Shown piece after piece: positions 50,001-60,630 of a stretch of DNA of 64,000 nt (positions are counted from its first letter, which is position 1; each line of letters begins with the position of its first letter). The notes under the pieces are model-generated. The model saw nothing but the letters and a program-made list of their open reading frames with translations, was not told where the DNA came from and ran no database searches. The DNA lies in NCBI GenBank assembly GCA_963752475.1, contig CAVVYR010000007.1:384001-448000 (forward strand), read 5' to 3'. Made by a program: the position numbers and the translations under genes. The stretch comes from an uncultured Chloroflexia bacterium. GTDB lineage: Bacteria > Chloroflexota > Limnocylindria > Limnocylindrales > CSP1-4.

Positions 50001-53000
50001 AGACCGTCACCTGCACCTTCACCAACAAGAAGGCCAGCATCGACATCGAGAAGGCCACCAACGGCGCCGACGCCGACAGCCCCACCGGACCCTTCATCGC
50101 GGTGGGCAACCCGGTCAACTGGACCTATGAGGTCGAGAACACCGGCAACGTCGCGCTCACCAACGTGTCCGTCACCGACGACCAGGGTGTGACGGTGACC
50201 TGCCCGCAGGACACGCTCGCCGCCGGCGAGTCGATGACCTGCACCGCCAACGGCACGGCCACGGCCGGCCAGTACGACAACCTCGGCACCGCCACCGGCA
50301 CCCCGCCGGCCGGCCCGCCCGTCGACGATGAGGACCCGAGCCACTACTTCGGCGCGGACGCCAGCATCGACATCGAGAAGGCCACCAACGGCGCCGACGC
50401 CGACAGCCCCACCGGACCCTTCATCGCGGTGGGTGACCCGGTCAACTGGACCTATGAGGTCGAGAACACCGGCAACGTCGCGCTCACCAACGTGTCCGTC
50501 ACCGACGACCAGGGTGTGACGGTGACCTGCCCGCAGGACACGCTCGCCGCCGGCGAGTCGATGACCTGCACCGCCAACGGCACGGCCACGGCCGGCCAGT
50601 ACGACAACCTCGGCACCGCCACCGGCACCCCGCCGGCCGGCCCGCCCGTCGACGATGAGGATCCGAGCCACTACTTCGGCGCGGACGCCAGCATCGACAT
50701 CGAGAAGGCCACCAACGGCGCCGACGCCGACAGCCCCACCGGACCCTTCATCGCGGTGGGTGACCCGGTCAACTGGACCTATGAGGTCGAGAACACCGGC
50801 AACGTCGCGCTCACCAACGTGTCCGTCACCGACGACCAGGGTGTGACGGTGACCTGCCCGCAGGACACGCTCGCCGCCGGCGAGTCGATGACCTGCACCG
50901 CCAACGGCACGGCCACGGCCGGCCAGTACGACAACCTCGGCACCGCCACCGGCACCCCGCCGGCCGGCCCGCCCGTCGACGATGAGGATCCGAGCCACTA
51001 CTTCGGCGCGGACGCCAGCATCGACATCGAGAAGGCCACCAACGGCGCCGACGCCGACAGCCCCACCGGACCCTTCATCGCGGTGGGTGACCCGGTCAAC
51101 TGGACCTATGAGGTCGAGAACACCGGCAACGTCGCGCTCACCAACGTGTCCGTCACCGACGACCAGGGTGTGACGGTGACCTGCCCGCAGGACACGCTCG
51201 CCGCCGGCGAGTCGATGACCTGCACCGCCAACGGCACGGCCACGGCCGGCCAGTACGACAACCTCGGCACCGCCACCGGCACCCCGCCGGCCGGCCCGCC
51301 CGTCGACGATGAGGATCCGAGCCACTACTTCGGCGCGGACGCCAGCATCGACATCGAGAAGGCCACCAACGGCGCCGACGCCGACAGCCCCACCGGACCC
51401 TTCATCGCGGTGGGTGACCCGGTCAACTGGACCTATGAGGTCGAGAACACCGGCAACGTCGCGCTCACCAACGTGTCCGTCACCGACGACCAGGGTGTGA
51501 CGGTGACCTGCCCGCAGGACACGCTCGCCGCCGGCGAGTCGATGACCTGCACCGCCAACGGCACGGCCACGGCCGGCCAGTACGACAACCTCGGCACCGC
51601 CACCGGCACCCCGCCGGCCGGCCCGCCCGTCGACGATGAGGATCCGAGCCACTACTTCGGCGCGGACGCCAGCATCGACATCGAGAAGGCCACCAACGGC
51701 GCCGACGCCGACAGCCCCACCGGACCCTTCATCGCGGTGGGTGACCCGGTCAACTGGACCTATGAGGTCGAGAACACCGGCAACGTCGCGCTCACCAACG
51801 TGTCCGTCACCGACGACCAGGGTGTGACGGTGACCTGCCCGCAGGACACGCTCGCCGCCGGCGAGTCGATGACCTGCACCGCCAACGGCACGGCCACGGC
51901 CGGCCAGTACGACAACCTCGGCACCGCCACCGGCACCCCGCCGGCCGGCCCGCCCGTCGACGATGAGGATCCGAGCCACTACTTCGGCGCGGACGCCAGC
52001 ATCGACATCGAGAAGTCCACCAACGGCAGTGACGCCGACACGCCCGACCGGACCCTTCATCGCCGTCGGCAGCACCGTCAACTGGGCCTACATCGTCACC
52101 AACACCGGCAACGTCGTCCTGAACGACGTGACCGTCACCGACGACAAGCTCGCCGACAGCGCCATCGACTGCGGCGACGGCACCAACGTCATCGCGTCCC
52201 TGCTGCCGGGCGCCAGTGCGAACTGCACGGCCACCGGCACCGCCGAGGCCGGCCAGTACGCCAACACCGGCTCCGTCATCGGCACCCCGCCCGGCGAGGG
52301 CGAGCCGCCGACCGACACCGATCCGAGCCACTACTTCGGTGCCGTGCCCGGCATCGACATCGAGAAGGCCACCAACGGCCAGGACGCCGACGCCCCGACC
52401 GGACCGGTCGTGGCCGTGGGTGATCCCATCACCTGGACCTACGTGGTCACCAACACCGGCAACGTCGCCCTGAGCGACGTGACCGTCACCGACAACAAGC
52501 TCGCCGCCAGCGCCATCGTGTGCGACGGCAGTGGCACCAACGTCATCGCGTCCCTGGCGCCGAACGCGTCCGTGACCTGCACGGCCACGGGCACCGCCGT
52601 CGCGGGCCAGTACGCCAACACGGGCTCGGCCACCGGCACGCCGCCCGAGGGCGAGCCAGCCGGCGGACTCCGACCCGAGCCACTACTTCGGTGCCGCTCC
52701 CGGCATCGACATCGAGAAGCTCACCAACGGCTTCGACGCCGACAACCCGACCGGTCCGGGCGTGCAGGTCGGTGAGCCCATCACCTGGACCTATGAGGTC
52801 ACCAACACCGGCAACGTCACGCTCACCGGCGTGACCGTCACCGACGACCAGGGTGTGGTGGTCTCCTGTCCGAAGAGCACGCTCGTCGCCGGCGAATCGA
52901 TGACCTGTACCGCGAGCGGTACGGCCACGGCCGGCCAGTACGTCAACACCGGCACCGCCACCGGCACCCCGCCGGTCGGCGTGGCCCCGAGCGACAGCGA

Positions 53001-53238
53001 CAAGAGCCACTACTTCGGCATCGAGGTCGAGGTCGAGTCCACCCCGCTCCCGACCGAGTCCCTGAAGCCCACGGACATGCTGTTCACGACCGACACCATC
53101 GGTCCGGCCGATGACGGCGATCCCATGGGTGCCCTGTTCAACTGGGCCCTCTGGCTCGCGCTCAGCGCGCTGCTCATCGTGGGCACCGCCGCGATCATCC
53201 GCCGCGAGCGCTACGCGGAGGTCAAGACCCGCCGCTAG
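47072..53238 (+). CDS. Giant surface adhesin-like protein copy 2 (9 Ig-like repeats), frameshifts near 52045 and 52658
   Basis: ORFs 47072..52423, 51963..52775 and 52762..53238 join into the same architecture as copy 1; AAGGAGAGG RBS. Confidence 0.9.
48104..48490 (+). repeat. 21-bp coding VNTR (EQPAAEE, about 18 units)
   Basis: GAGCAGCCCGCCGCCGAGGAG iterated; shorter degenerate counterpart at ~39650-39890. Confidence 0.93.
50033..53016 (+). repeat. 9 coding tandem units (six 327-bp type A plus three divergent terminal units)
   Basis: 327-bp periodicity seen in shadow ORFs at 50328, 50655, 50982, 51309, 51636, 51963. Confidence 0.93.
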
Positions 53239-53269
53239 CACCCACGGTCGATCCCAGACCGCATCCACC

Positions 53270-53311
53270 ACGAAGGCCGGGCTCGGAGAGGGGCCCGGCC
53301 TTCGTCTCTGT
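53270..53311. terminator. Terminator hairpin between adhesin copy 2 and the convergent sortase-like gene
   Basis: Same hairpin as 46714-46755. Confidence 0.75.
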
Positions 53312-53338
53312 CCGGCGCCTGGCGGTCGGGGGAGGGAG

Positions 53339-54207
53339 CTACGGGCGGCGGACGATGTAGACGGCTACGACGGTGGCGCCGAGAAGGATCGCGCCACTGC
53401 CGAGTACCAGCGCCATGGCGTCGAGCTCCTCTTGGGGCTCGGTCACCGGCGCGGCCGTCGCCGCTGCCTGCCGGTTCGCGTTGTTGCTCGCGTTCCTGTT
53501 CTTGTTGCCCTTGGCCTTCGCTGTCGGTGCCGGGGGCGGCTGCCAGCAGGCACGTGGCTTGGGCCTCCGGCCGTGGCTCGTCGGTCCACGCAGCATCGAT
53601 GAGCCGGCCCGCGACCATCAGGCGTGGCGAGGCGCCGGTCGTGCCGGTGCTCGTCTGGAGCACGACCCGTTGCTGGCGCTCATTCGGTCGGTCCGCGATG
53701 TCGTAGTCGAAGGCCACGTCGACCTCGGAGATGCGGTAGGTCAGGAGTCGGCCGTCGCGCAGCTGCAGCTTGATGAGCTTGCCCATCAGCTCGGTCCGCC
53801 CGGACGCGAAGTAGCTCTCGGTCAGGGGCAGGAGCATGCCCGGTTGGGCGTGACCGTAGAGCCAGGCCGTCCCGGGCTGCCCCGGCAGCACCAGCTCCTG
53901 CTCCCTGGAGGTCAGGTACTGGGCCACATCGCAGAGCGGATAGCCGGCGGGGTTGCCGGCGACCTTCCGCCCTTCCCACACGACCGGCAGGTCGATGTCG
54001 AAGTAGGGGACTCGTACGCGTACTGGCCGCGAGCCCTCGTCGAGAGGCACCGGCCGGGCCGTGGGAGTGGTGGGGTCTTCCTGGGCGGCCGCATCGGATC
54101 CCGGGAGTCCGAGCGTCAGCATGCACGGCAAGACCGAGCGTGGACACGACCGTGAGGATCCGCCGCGCGCTCGACGCTGTGGCTGCTGACCGAGGGAAGG
54201 TGAGCAT
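53339..54207 (-). CDS. Sortase-fold protein (class F-like) with Ser at the catalytic Cys position, frameshifts near 54120 and 53565
   Basis: PVRVRVPYFDIDLPVV, PGQPGTAWLYGHA, DGRLLTYRI, VVLQTSTG...PRLMVAG; N-terminal hydrophobic segment; C-terminal TM plus RRP. Confidence 0.75.
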
Positions 54208-54420
54208 CGCCAGACGCTAGCACTCCATCGAGGTTCGCTCACCGGGCCGGCTGACGGTCAGATGCCGGTACTTCCGCCTTCTGGCTGCTCCGGTCTGTTC
54301 GCGTAGGGCAGTCTCGGTCGGCAGGCGGCCTCGCGCCGCCGCGTGGTGACAACTGTCAACGCTCGCTATACTCACCGCGGACCCGCGTCAAGTCGTCGTG
54401 GCGCAGCGGAGGGAGATCGC

Positions 54421-55500
54421 TTGCAGGACCCTGCCCAGCGGATGGATACGCGTCCGCGCGTGGCAGTCATCGAGGATGATGCCGCGGTCAGACGTGTCCT
54501 GAGCCGCATCCTTGATGACGCCGGCTATGCCGTCATCGCCGCCCCCGACGGTGAGCTCGGCCTGCGCGTGGTCAAGGAGCACCACCCGGACATGCTCATC
54601 CTCGACCTGACCTTGCCACGCATGGACGGCCTCGAGATCTGCCGCCGGCTGCGTGCCGACAGCCGCACCGTGGCGCTGCCCATCATCGTCCTTACCGCGC
54701 ACACTTCGACCAGCGACATGGTGGCCGCGCTCGATGCCGGCGCCGACGACTTCGTGACCAAGCCCTTCCAGCAGGTCGAGCTCCTGGCGCGCCTGCGCAG
54801 CTCGTTCCGCACGCGTGAGGTCATCCGCCGCATGGAGCAGGCGCACGACATCGTCGTGGCCCTGGCCAACGCGGTCGAAGCCAAGGACCTCGGGCTCAAG
54901 GATCACTGCCGCTACCTGGCCTACCGCTCCGCGCGCCTCGCCGCCTACGTCGGCCTGCGGGACGGCGAGCTGGAGGGCGTGGCCTACGGCGCGCTGCTCC
55001 ACGACATCGGCAAGATCGGCATCAGCGAGCACGTGTTGCACAAGCCCGGGCCGCTCACCGACGACGAGTTCCGCGTCATGCGCGAACACCCCGAGATCGG
55101 CGAGCGCATCTGCGATCCGTTGCGCATGTCGCGCGACTTCACACCCATCATCCGCCACCACCACGAGCGCTGGGACGGTACGGGCTACCCCGACGGCCTG
55201 AAGGGGGAGGCCATCCCGCTCGGAGCCCGTATCGTGGCCCTCGCCGATGCCTTCGACGCCATCGTCCGCGGCCGCCCGTACCGCGCCGCCCGCACGGTCG
55301 AGGAAGCGTTCGATGAGCTGCGCAAGCACTCGGGGGGCCAGTTCGACCCGGGCCTGGTTCCGCTCTTCATCGAAGAGACGGACCGTGATGGCGCCGGCAT
55401 CGCCCCCAGCGTGGAGTTGCCGCGCGTGGCCCTGTTGGCCCAGGAAGCGCCGATCGTGACGGGCGCGCCAAGTGGAGCCGCGCCCGCCCGCGTCGCCTGA
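54421..55500 (+). CDS. Response regulator with HD-GYP phosphodiesterase domain (RpfG-like)
   Basis: Receiver IEDD/ILDLTLP/FVTKPF; LLHDIGKIG; HHERWDGTGYP; DAFDA...RPY; start TTG 54421 or ATG 54442. Confidence 0.95.
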   Translation: MQDPAQRMDTRPRVAVIEDDAAVRRVLSRILDDAGYAVIAAPDGELGLRVVKEHHPDMLILDLTLPRMDGLEICRRLRADSRTVALPIIVLTAHTSTSDMVAALDAGADDFVTKPFQQVELLARLRSSFRTREVIRRMEQAHDIVVALANAVEAKDLGLKDHCRYLAYRSARLAAYVGLRDGELEGVAYGALLHDIGKIGISEHVLHKPGPLTDDEFRVMREHPEIGERICDPLRMSRDFTPIIRHHHERWDGTGYPDGLKGEAIPLGARIVALADAFDAIVRGRPYRAARTVEEAFDELRKHSGGQFDPGLVPLFIEETDRDGAGIAPSVELPRVALLAQEAPIVTGAPSGAAPARVA

Positions 55501-55525
55501 CCCGTCGCGCTCGGAAGCGAGCCGG

Positions 55526-56311
55526 ATGACCGACACCCAGCTTCCGCCAAGCCGCATCCGCTACCACGCGGTCCGGCTCGTGCTGAAGGCCGTGACCAGC
55601 GCCTACGTGCGCACCCGTGTGGTCGGCGCCGAGCGTATCCCCGAGTCGGGCCCGTACATCATCTGCTTCAACCACCCTTCGTGGCTGGACCCGGTCTTCT
55701 TCGCGGCCTACTGGCCCGACCCCGATCGCGACCTCTACATCTTCGGGCCGCGCGAACAGGACATGAGCACTGGCGTGCGCAATGCGCTCATCACCTGGAC
55801 CCGCCGCGGCGTGCCCTTCCAGCCCGAGGCCCAGGACGTCGTCGACACCACCCGTCGTGCGGTGGGGGTGCTCAGGACCGGCGCCTGCCTGGCCATCGCG
55901 GGGGAGGGGCGCTTGAGCGACCACGAAGGCCGCATCCTTCCGCTGGAGACGGGCCTCGCGCACTTCGCCAAGATGGCCACGGCCCCGATCCTGCCCGTTG
56001 CCGTCATCGGGACCCGCTGGATCTCGTTCGGCAGCCGGGTGACACTGCGCGTCGGAGAGGCCGTCTACCCCGATGACTACGCCGGCGGCAGGTCTGGCGC
56101 TCGCGACATGACCGACGAGGTCGAACGTCGTCTCGGGGCCCTGCTGGAGGGCGTCGAGGAGCGCGAACCGCCCGGCTGGCTGGGACGCACCATCTCAGAG
56201 GCTTTCAACGACCGACCCTGGCTGGACGAGGAGCCCGGACGGAGCGCTAGTCGGCGGCTACCTGCGCTTGTCGAGGACCACGATGGCGTCGAGCCAGACG
56301 GTCGTGCCTGA
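55526..56311 (+). CDS. Lysophospholipid acyltransferase (PlsC family)
   Basis: NHPSWLD, AGEGR, PILPV; true stop may be near 56250. Confidence 0.88.
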   Translation: MTDTQLPPSRIRYHAVRLVLKAVTSAYVRTRVVGAERIPESGPYIICFNHPSWLDPVFFAAYWPDPDRDLYIFGPREQDMSTGVRNALITWTRRGVPFQPEAQDVVDTTRRAVGVLRTGACLAIAGEGRLSDHEGRILPLETGLAHFAKMATAPILPVAVIGTRWISFGSRVTLRVGEAVYPDDYAGGRSGARDMTDEVERRLGALLEGVEEREPPGWLGRTISEAFNDRPWLDEEPGRSASRRLPALVEDHDGVEPDGRA

Positions 56312-59300
56312 CGGACTTGCCACTCGCCGTGCCGGTCGCACGGAGTTTGACCACGTGCTTGCCCTTCGAGACATTGCGCACGTAGACGATGCGCCGGTCA
56401 TCGGGCTCGGCTGGCGTAGAGGTCGATGGTGTCGACGTGCTTGCCGTCCACGATGACCTTGACGCGACCACCGGTCGGCCCACGGCGGACGACGACCGCG
56501 AACTGCTGGCCCTTGAACGAGACCTTCGCCTGTGCGCCCCGTCGAGGACGTCCGTGCGAGGCGTCTTTCCGAGCGCGTCCTTGTTCCTCGTCGCCTTCCA
56601 CGAACCGCGGAGCTTCACGTTCTTCGAGCTGCGACGGCAGATCGATGGTCCGCAGCTTGGGGCTGATCGACTTCCTGCTGGTCGTTTCCGGCGACGGTCC
56701 TTCGCGGGGCCGTGGACCGAGCAGCCCGCTCGGGCCACGGGGGCGCCGGCGGTCACGAGAGGACCCTTGCCGGTCTTGGTGGCCATGACCTTGCGGCCAC
56801 AGATGACTCGGACCGCCGCGTTCTTCAGCCCTGAGCGCCCGTCCTTGGCGCTGATCGTGGCCTTGATCGGCACGCGCTTGCCGGACGCGGCCACGCGGCC
56901 GCCCTGGCGGATGCTGAGGCGCGGGCGGGTCAGCTTCGGCTTCGTCTTGTCGAGCTTGATGCCGTCGCGCAGGATCGGCGACTTGACCTTGTTCGGAGCG
57001 CGCAGCTGCATGCGCACGTCGTAGTTGCCCTGGCGCCGGCCGAGCTTGACGTTGAACCGCTTCTTGTAGGGCATCCACTTGGTGAACTTGCCCTTGCCGA
57101 CGGCGTAGCGCACCTGGACCCCGTCGAATCCGCGCAGGTCGGCCTGCACGGTCCTCGATCCCGGTCCAGGCCGCGCCCTTCTTGAGCTTCATCTGCCGCG
57201 AGAGCTCCAGGTTCAGCTGGCCCAGGCCGGCCGAGTACACGTTCCCGTCGAGCTTGACGCCGCCGTCGAACCTGGCGAGGCCCCACTGCCAGAACGTCCA
57301 GTCGCTCCAGCCGTTCGGCAGGATCATCGTGTCGCACTCCCAGCAGGCGACCCAGAGCGGGTAGGTGCCGAAGCCGCCCGGCGCGCCGACCACCTTCTCC
57401 CACATGTAGCGGCTGGTGTAGATCATCGGATACCGGCCGGTCTGCCGATAGAGCTCGTCGAGCATGGCGTGGAGGCGTGCCTTGGCCTGGGCCTTGTTGG
57501 GGGTCCCGAGCGACGTGAGCGTCTCGACGTCGACCACCAGCGGCAGCAGCCGGTTGAGCCCGCTGGTCTTGCGCACGATCGACAGGAAGTGCTGCGCCTG
57601 TTTCGTGCCGTCGACCCGGTAGTCGAAGAAGTGGTAGGCCCCGGCGAGCAGGCCTGCAGCGCGTGCGTCGGAGGTGTGCTGCTGGAACGTGTTGTCGACG
57701 AACGACGTGCCCTGGGTCGCCTTGGAGAAGACGAAGCGCTGGTCCTGGGCTCGGAGCGCCTTGAAGTCGGGCAGGCCGTTCCAGTGGCTCACGTCCAGCC
57801 CCAGGATGCCATCCGGGGTGGACCAGGGCGGCGGCTCCGGCGTCGGCGTCGGCGTCGGTTCTGGCTCGACGATGTAGCCATCTCCGTCGGGTCCGGTGTC
57901 GTCGCCGGGCGGGGTGTCCTCGACGTCCGCGACGCCGAAGGCAGCCGCCAAGTCGAGACGCCCGATGGCCATGTTCGTGGCAGCGGCGCTCGTCGAGAGC
58001 CGGCCGGCAACGTTGTTCGAGGTGATCCCGTCGGCGATCAGCAGGGCGGCAGCGCCGGCGACCTGAGCCGCGGCGGCCGAGGTGCCCCTGATCGTGCGGT
58101 TGGTGCCGCCGGGGTTCAGCGCCGTGATGTCCACGCCCGGCGCCGCGATGTAGGCGCTTGGACCGTCGTCGCTCCAGAGCGCCACCACGTCGTCCTTCCG
58201 CGTGGCGGCGACGCCGATGACGCCGGGGTACGCCGCCGGATAGGTCGGCGTGGTCACACCTTCGTTGCCCACGGACGCCACCACGACGATGCCGGCGGCC
58301 ATCGCGAGGTCGATCTGGTCCTTGAGTGCAGTCGACCTGTTCGGACCGCTGAACGCCATGAGGATGACGTCGACGTTCGCTGCCATGGCTGTGCCGATCG
58401 CGGCGATGATGTCCGCGTCGTAGCCCACACCGTCGGCACCGATAGCCGTGATCGGCAGGACCGAGACATTGGTCCAGGCGACACCGGCAATGTCCCGTGC
58501 GTTGTTCGTGTTCGCGGCCATGATGGTGGCCATCCACGTGCCGTGGCCGTGAGGGTCGCTGCTCGTACCGATAGCCTTGCCGGCAAGGTCCTCGAGCGCG
58601 GTATCGACGCCCGTGTCGATGATCGCCACAGTGGCGCTGCTACTGAATGTCTTGACTCCGTGCAGGGCCTCCCAGCCGATGTGTGGGAGGTGCCACTGGT
58701 TCTCGTAGAGCGGGTCGTTGGAAGCAGCGTTGACGGTCCGGGCGTAGTTGCGATCGACACTCCTGACGGCGGGATCGGCCTTGAGGCGATCGATGACCTT
58801 GGCGCGGTCCTTCCTGGGGACGTCAACGACCTGCATGTCGAGCCGGCCGATGGCCTTGTCGTTGCCGGCTCCTGCGGTCGTGATGGCGCCTGCTCGCTTG
58901 GCGTTTCCGGTGCCGGACTTGAAAGTGACGATGTACTCGTCGGTCGGACCGAGGTCGGCTGTCGAGGGCGTGCTCTGAGGCTCCGGCGTAGGCTCGCCAC
59001 TGGGCTGCGGGGTCCCCGGCTCTGGCGTCGGCGCGGGCTGTGCTTCTGGGGTCGTCGTCACCGTTTCGACCACATCCGGCTCCTCCGACGGGTCGTCTTC
59101 GGGTTCGACGGTCCCCGATTCGATCGTGGGCTCCGGTTCGTCGGGCGCGGCCGACGCCACTTCCGGCTCGACCGACGCTTCGGGCGTGTCGGGACCGGCC
59201 GATGCCGCTTCCGGCTCGACCGTTTCGGTCACGGCTGCCGATGCCGTCGGCTTCGGCTCGTCGGGAACCGCTGGCACCTCGGTGCCTGGCGCCACGGCAG

Positions 59301-60477
59301 CGAGGCCTTCGTCGCCCGGTTCCTCGGTAGCGGGCTCTGCGGTGGTGGTCTCCTCGGCCAGGGGCTCCTCGCTCGGCTCCGCGGTCGGTCCTTCGGTTTC
59401 GGACTCCTCGGCCCTCGGCGTCTCGGCCGCAGGGTCCGTGCTGGGCTCCTCGGTCGCAGATGCCTCGGGCGCAGTCTCCACGGGTTCCTCAGCAGCGGGC
59501 TCCTTCGGCAGGGGCTCGTCAGCGGCCGGGGCGGCGGCAGCGGCAGCAGCTTCGGCGGTGCTCGCGGCCTTGGCGGCAGCGGCAGCGGCCTTGGCGGCCT
59601 GCTCGGCGGCGGCCTGCCTGGCGGCGGCCTTCTGGGCCTTGACCTTGGCGGCCTTGGCCTCCTTCTGGGCGGCCTTCTTCACGATCGCGGCGGCATCGGA
59701 GCCGCGGTTCTTGGCGGCCGTCTCCTTGACGGTGATCTTCGTGGACTGCTTGAGGTCATCGACTTCGGCCGTGAGGCGGACGGCACCGTCGGCATTGAGC
59801 ACGAGGCGGGTCTTGAGGGCCTTGTGGTTGGCGAGCGTGGCAGGGCCCTCGACGGACCACTCGGCCTTGATCGGCTTGCAGGTGTCATCGCCACCGGGCT
59901 TGCCGTCACCCTTGGGGCCGCCGAAGGGGGTCTTGTCCCAGCCGGGGCAGACCCAGGCGGACACGACGACCTTGCCGCCGACCGCGACCTTGGGCTGCTG
60001 GGGGAAGAGGCGGAGCTTGAATCCGCGGTCCCCGAGGCTGCCCTTGGGGTGATCGGCGTTGGCCTTGACGATGTCCTCGGCCAGGTCGACCTGGGAGTGG
60101 TGGCCGTCCTGGGCGAGCAGGGGCGCGAAGCCTGTGCTGCCTGCCACGAGGACGAGGGACACGAGCAGGGCCATGAACGCGTGGACTCGCGGCGTACGCA
60201 GCCACCGCCGAGCCTCGCGCAAGCGGGAAGCCCGTCCTCGACCAACCTGCGGCGTCTCGATGTGAGTCCGATCAGGGGGTGCTCCGTGCGGCGTCTCGCC
60301 GGTGCCTTCGCCACGGAGCGCCTGGTGCGCCAAGGCCACATCGGAGGCTCGGGGCACGCGCCGACCCGAGGCAGGCTGAAGCGGAGCCTCGGAGGCGTGG
60401 GACAGCGAGCGCGACACGCGCGTGGGCAACAAGCATGCCCTCCCTTCGGTCCAGCCCTCAGGGTCACGGCTGGGCAT
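56258..60477 (-). CDS. Secreted multidomain protein: shared N-terminal domain, Glu/Pro stalk, S8 subtilase, GH25 muramidase, C-terminal beta domain; frameshifts in the last 900 bp
   Basis: IIDTG, HGHGT, GNEG, GTSAA; GLDVSHWNG, KATQG, AYHFF, VVDVE, PMIYT, FWQW; reconstructed end TVWLDAIVVLDKRR*; start uncertain (60477, ~60432 or 60174). Confidence 0.87.
59594..60115 (-). repeat. Inverted third copy of the ~520-bp N-terminal cassette (others at 38684-39200 and 47173-47690)
   Basis: Encodes AQDGHHSQVDLAEDIVK...KAAARQAAAEQAA in all three genes. Confidence 0.95.
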
Positions 60478-60630
60478 CGACGGCGAGTGTACGACACCTT
60501 GTCGTGTTTCACACCCGGCGTGCTCGTGGCTGCACCTGCCGCTGTTGACTCAGCGCACCAGCCGGATCAGCGCCGCGCGCAAGCACTCGCGCGCGGCGCG
60601 CCACTCCACGCACCGGCTACCATGCCTCTC

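Larger units (their letters stand above)
38387..53353 (+). repeat. Tandem segmental duplication (copy 1 ~38387-46794; copy 2 ~46878-53353)
   Basis: Upstream region, 5' leader, CDS and terminator hairpin are near-identical in both copies. Confidence 0.92.

Noticed and set aside
41436-53016. Long regular repeats as a CRISPR array or diversity-generating retroelement
   Set aside because: Units are 327-354 bp, in frame and coding, with no unique spacers, cas genes, reverse transcriptase or adenine-specific variation.
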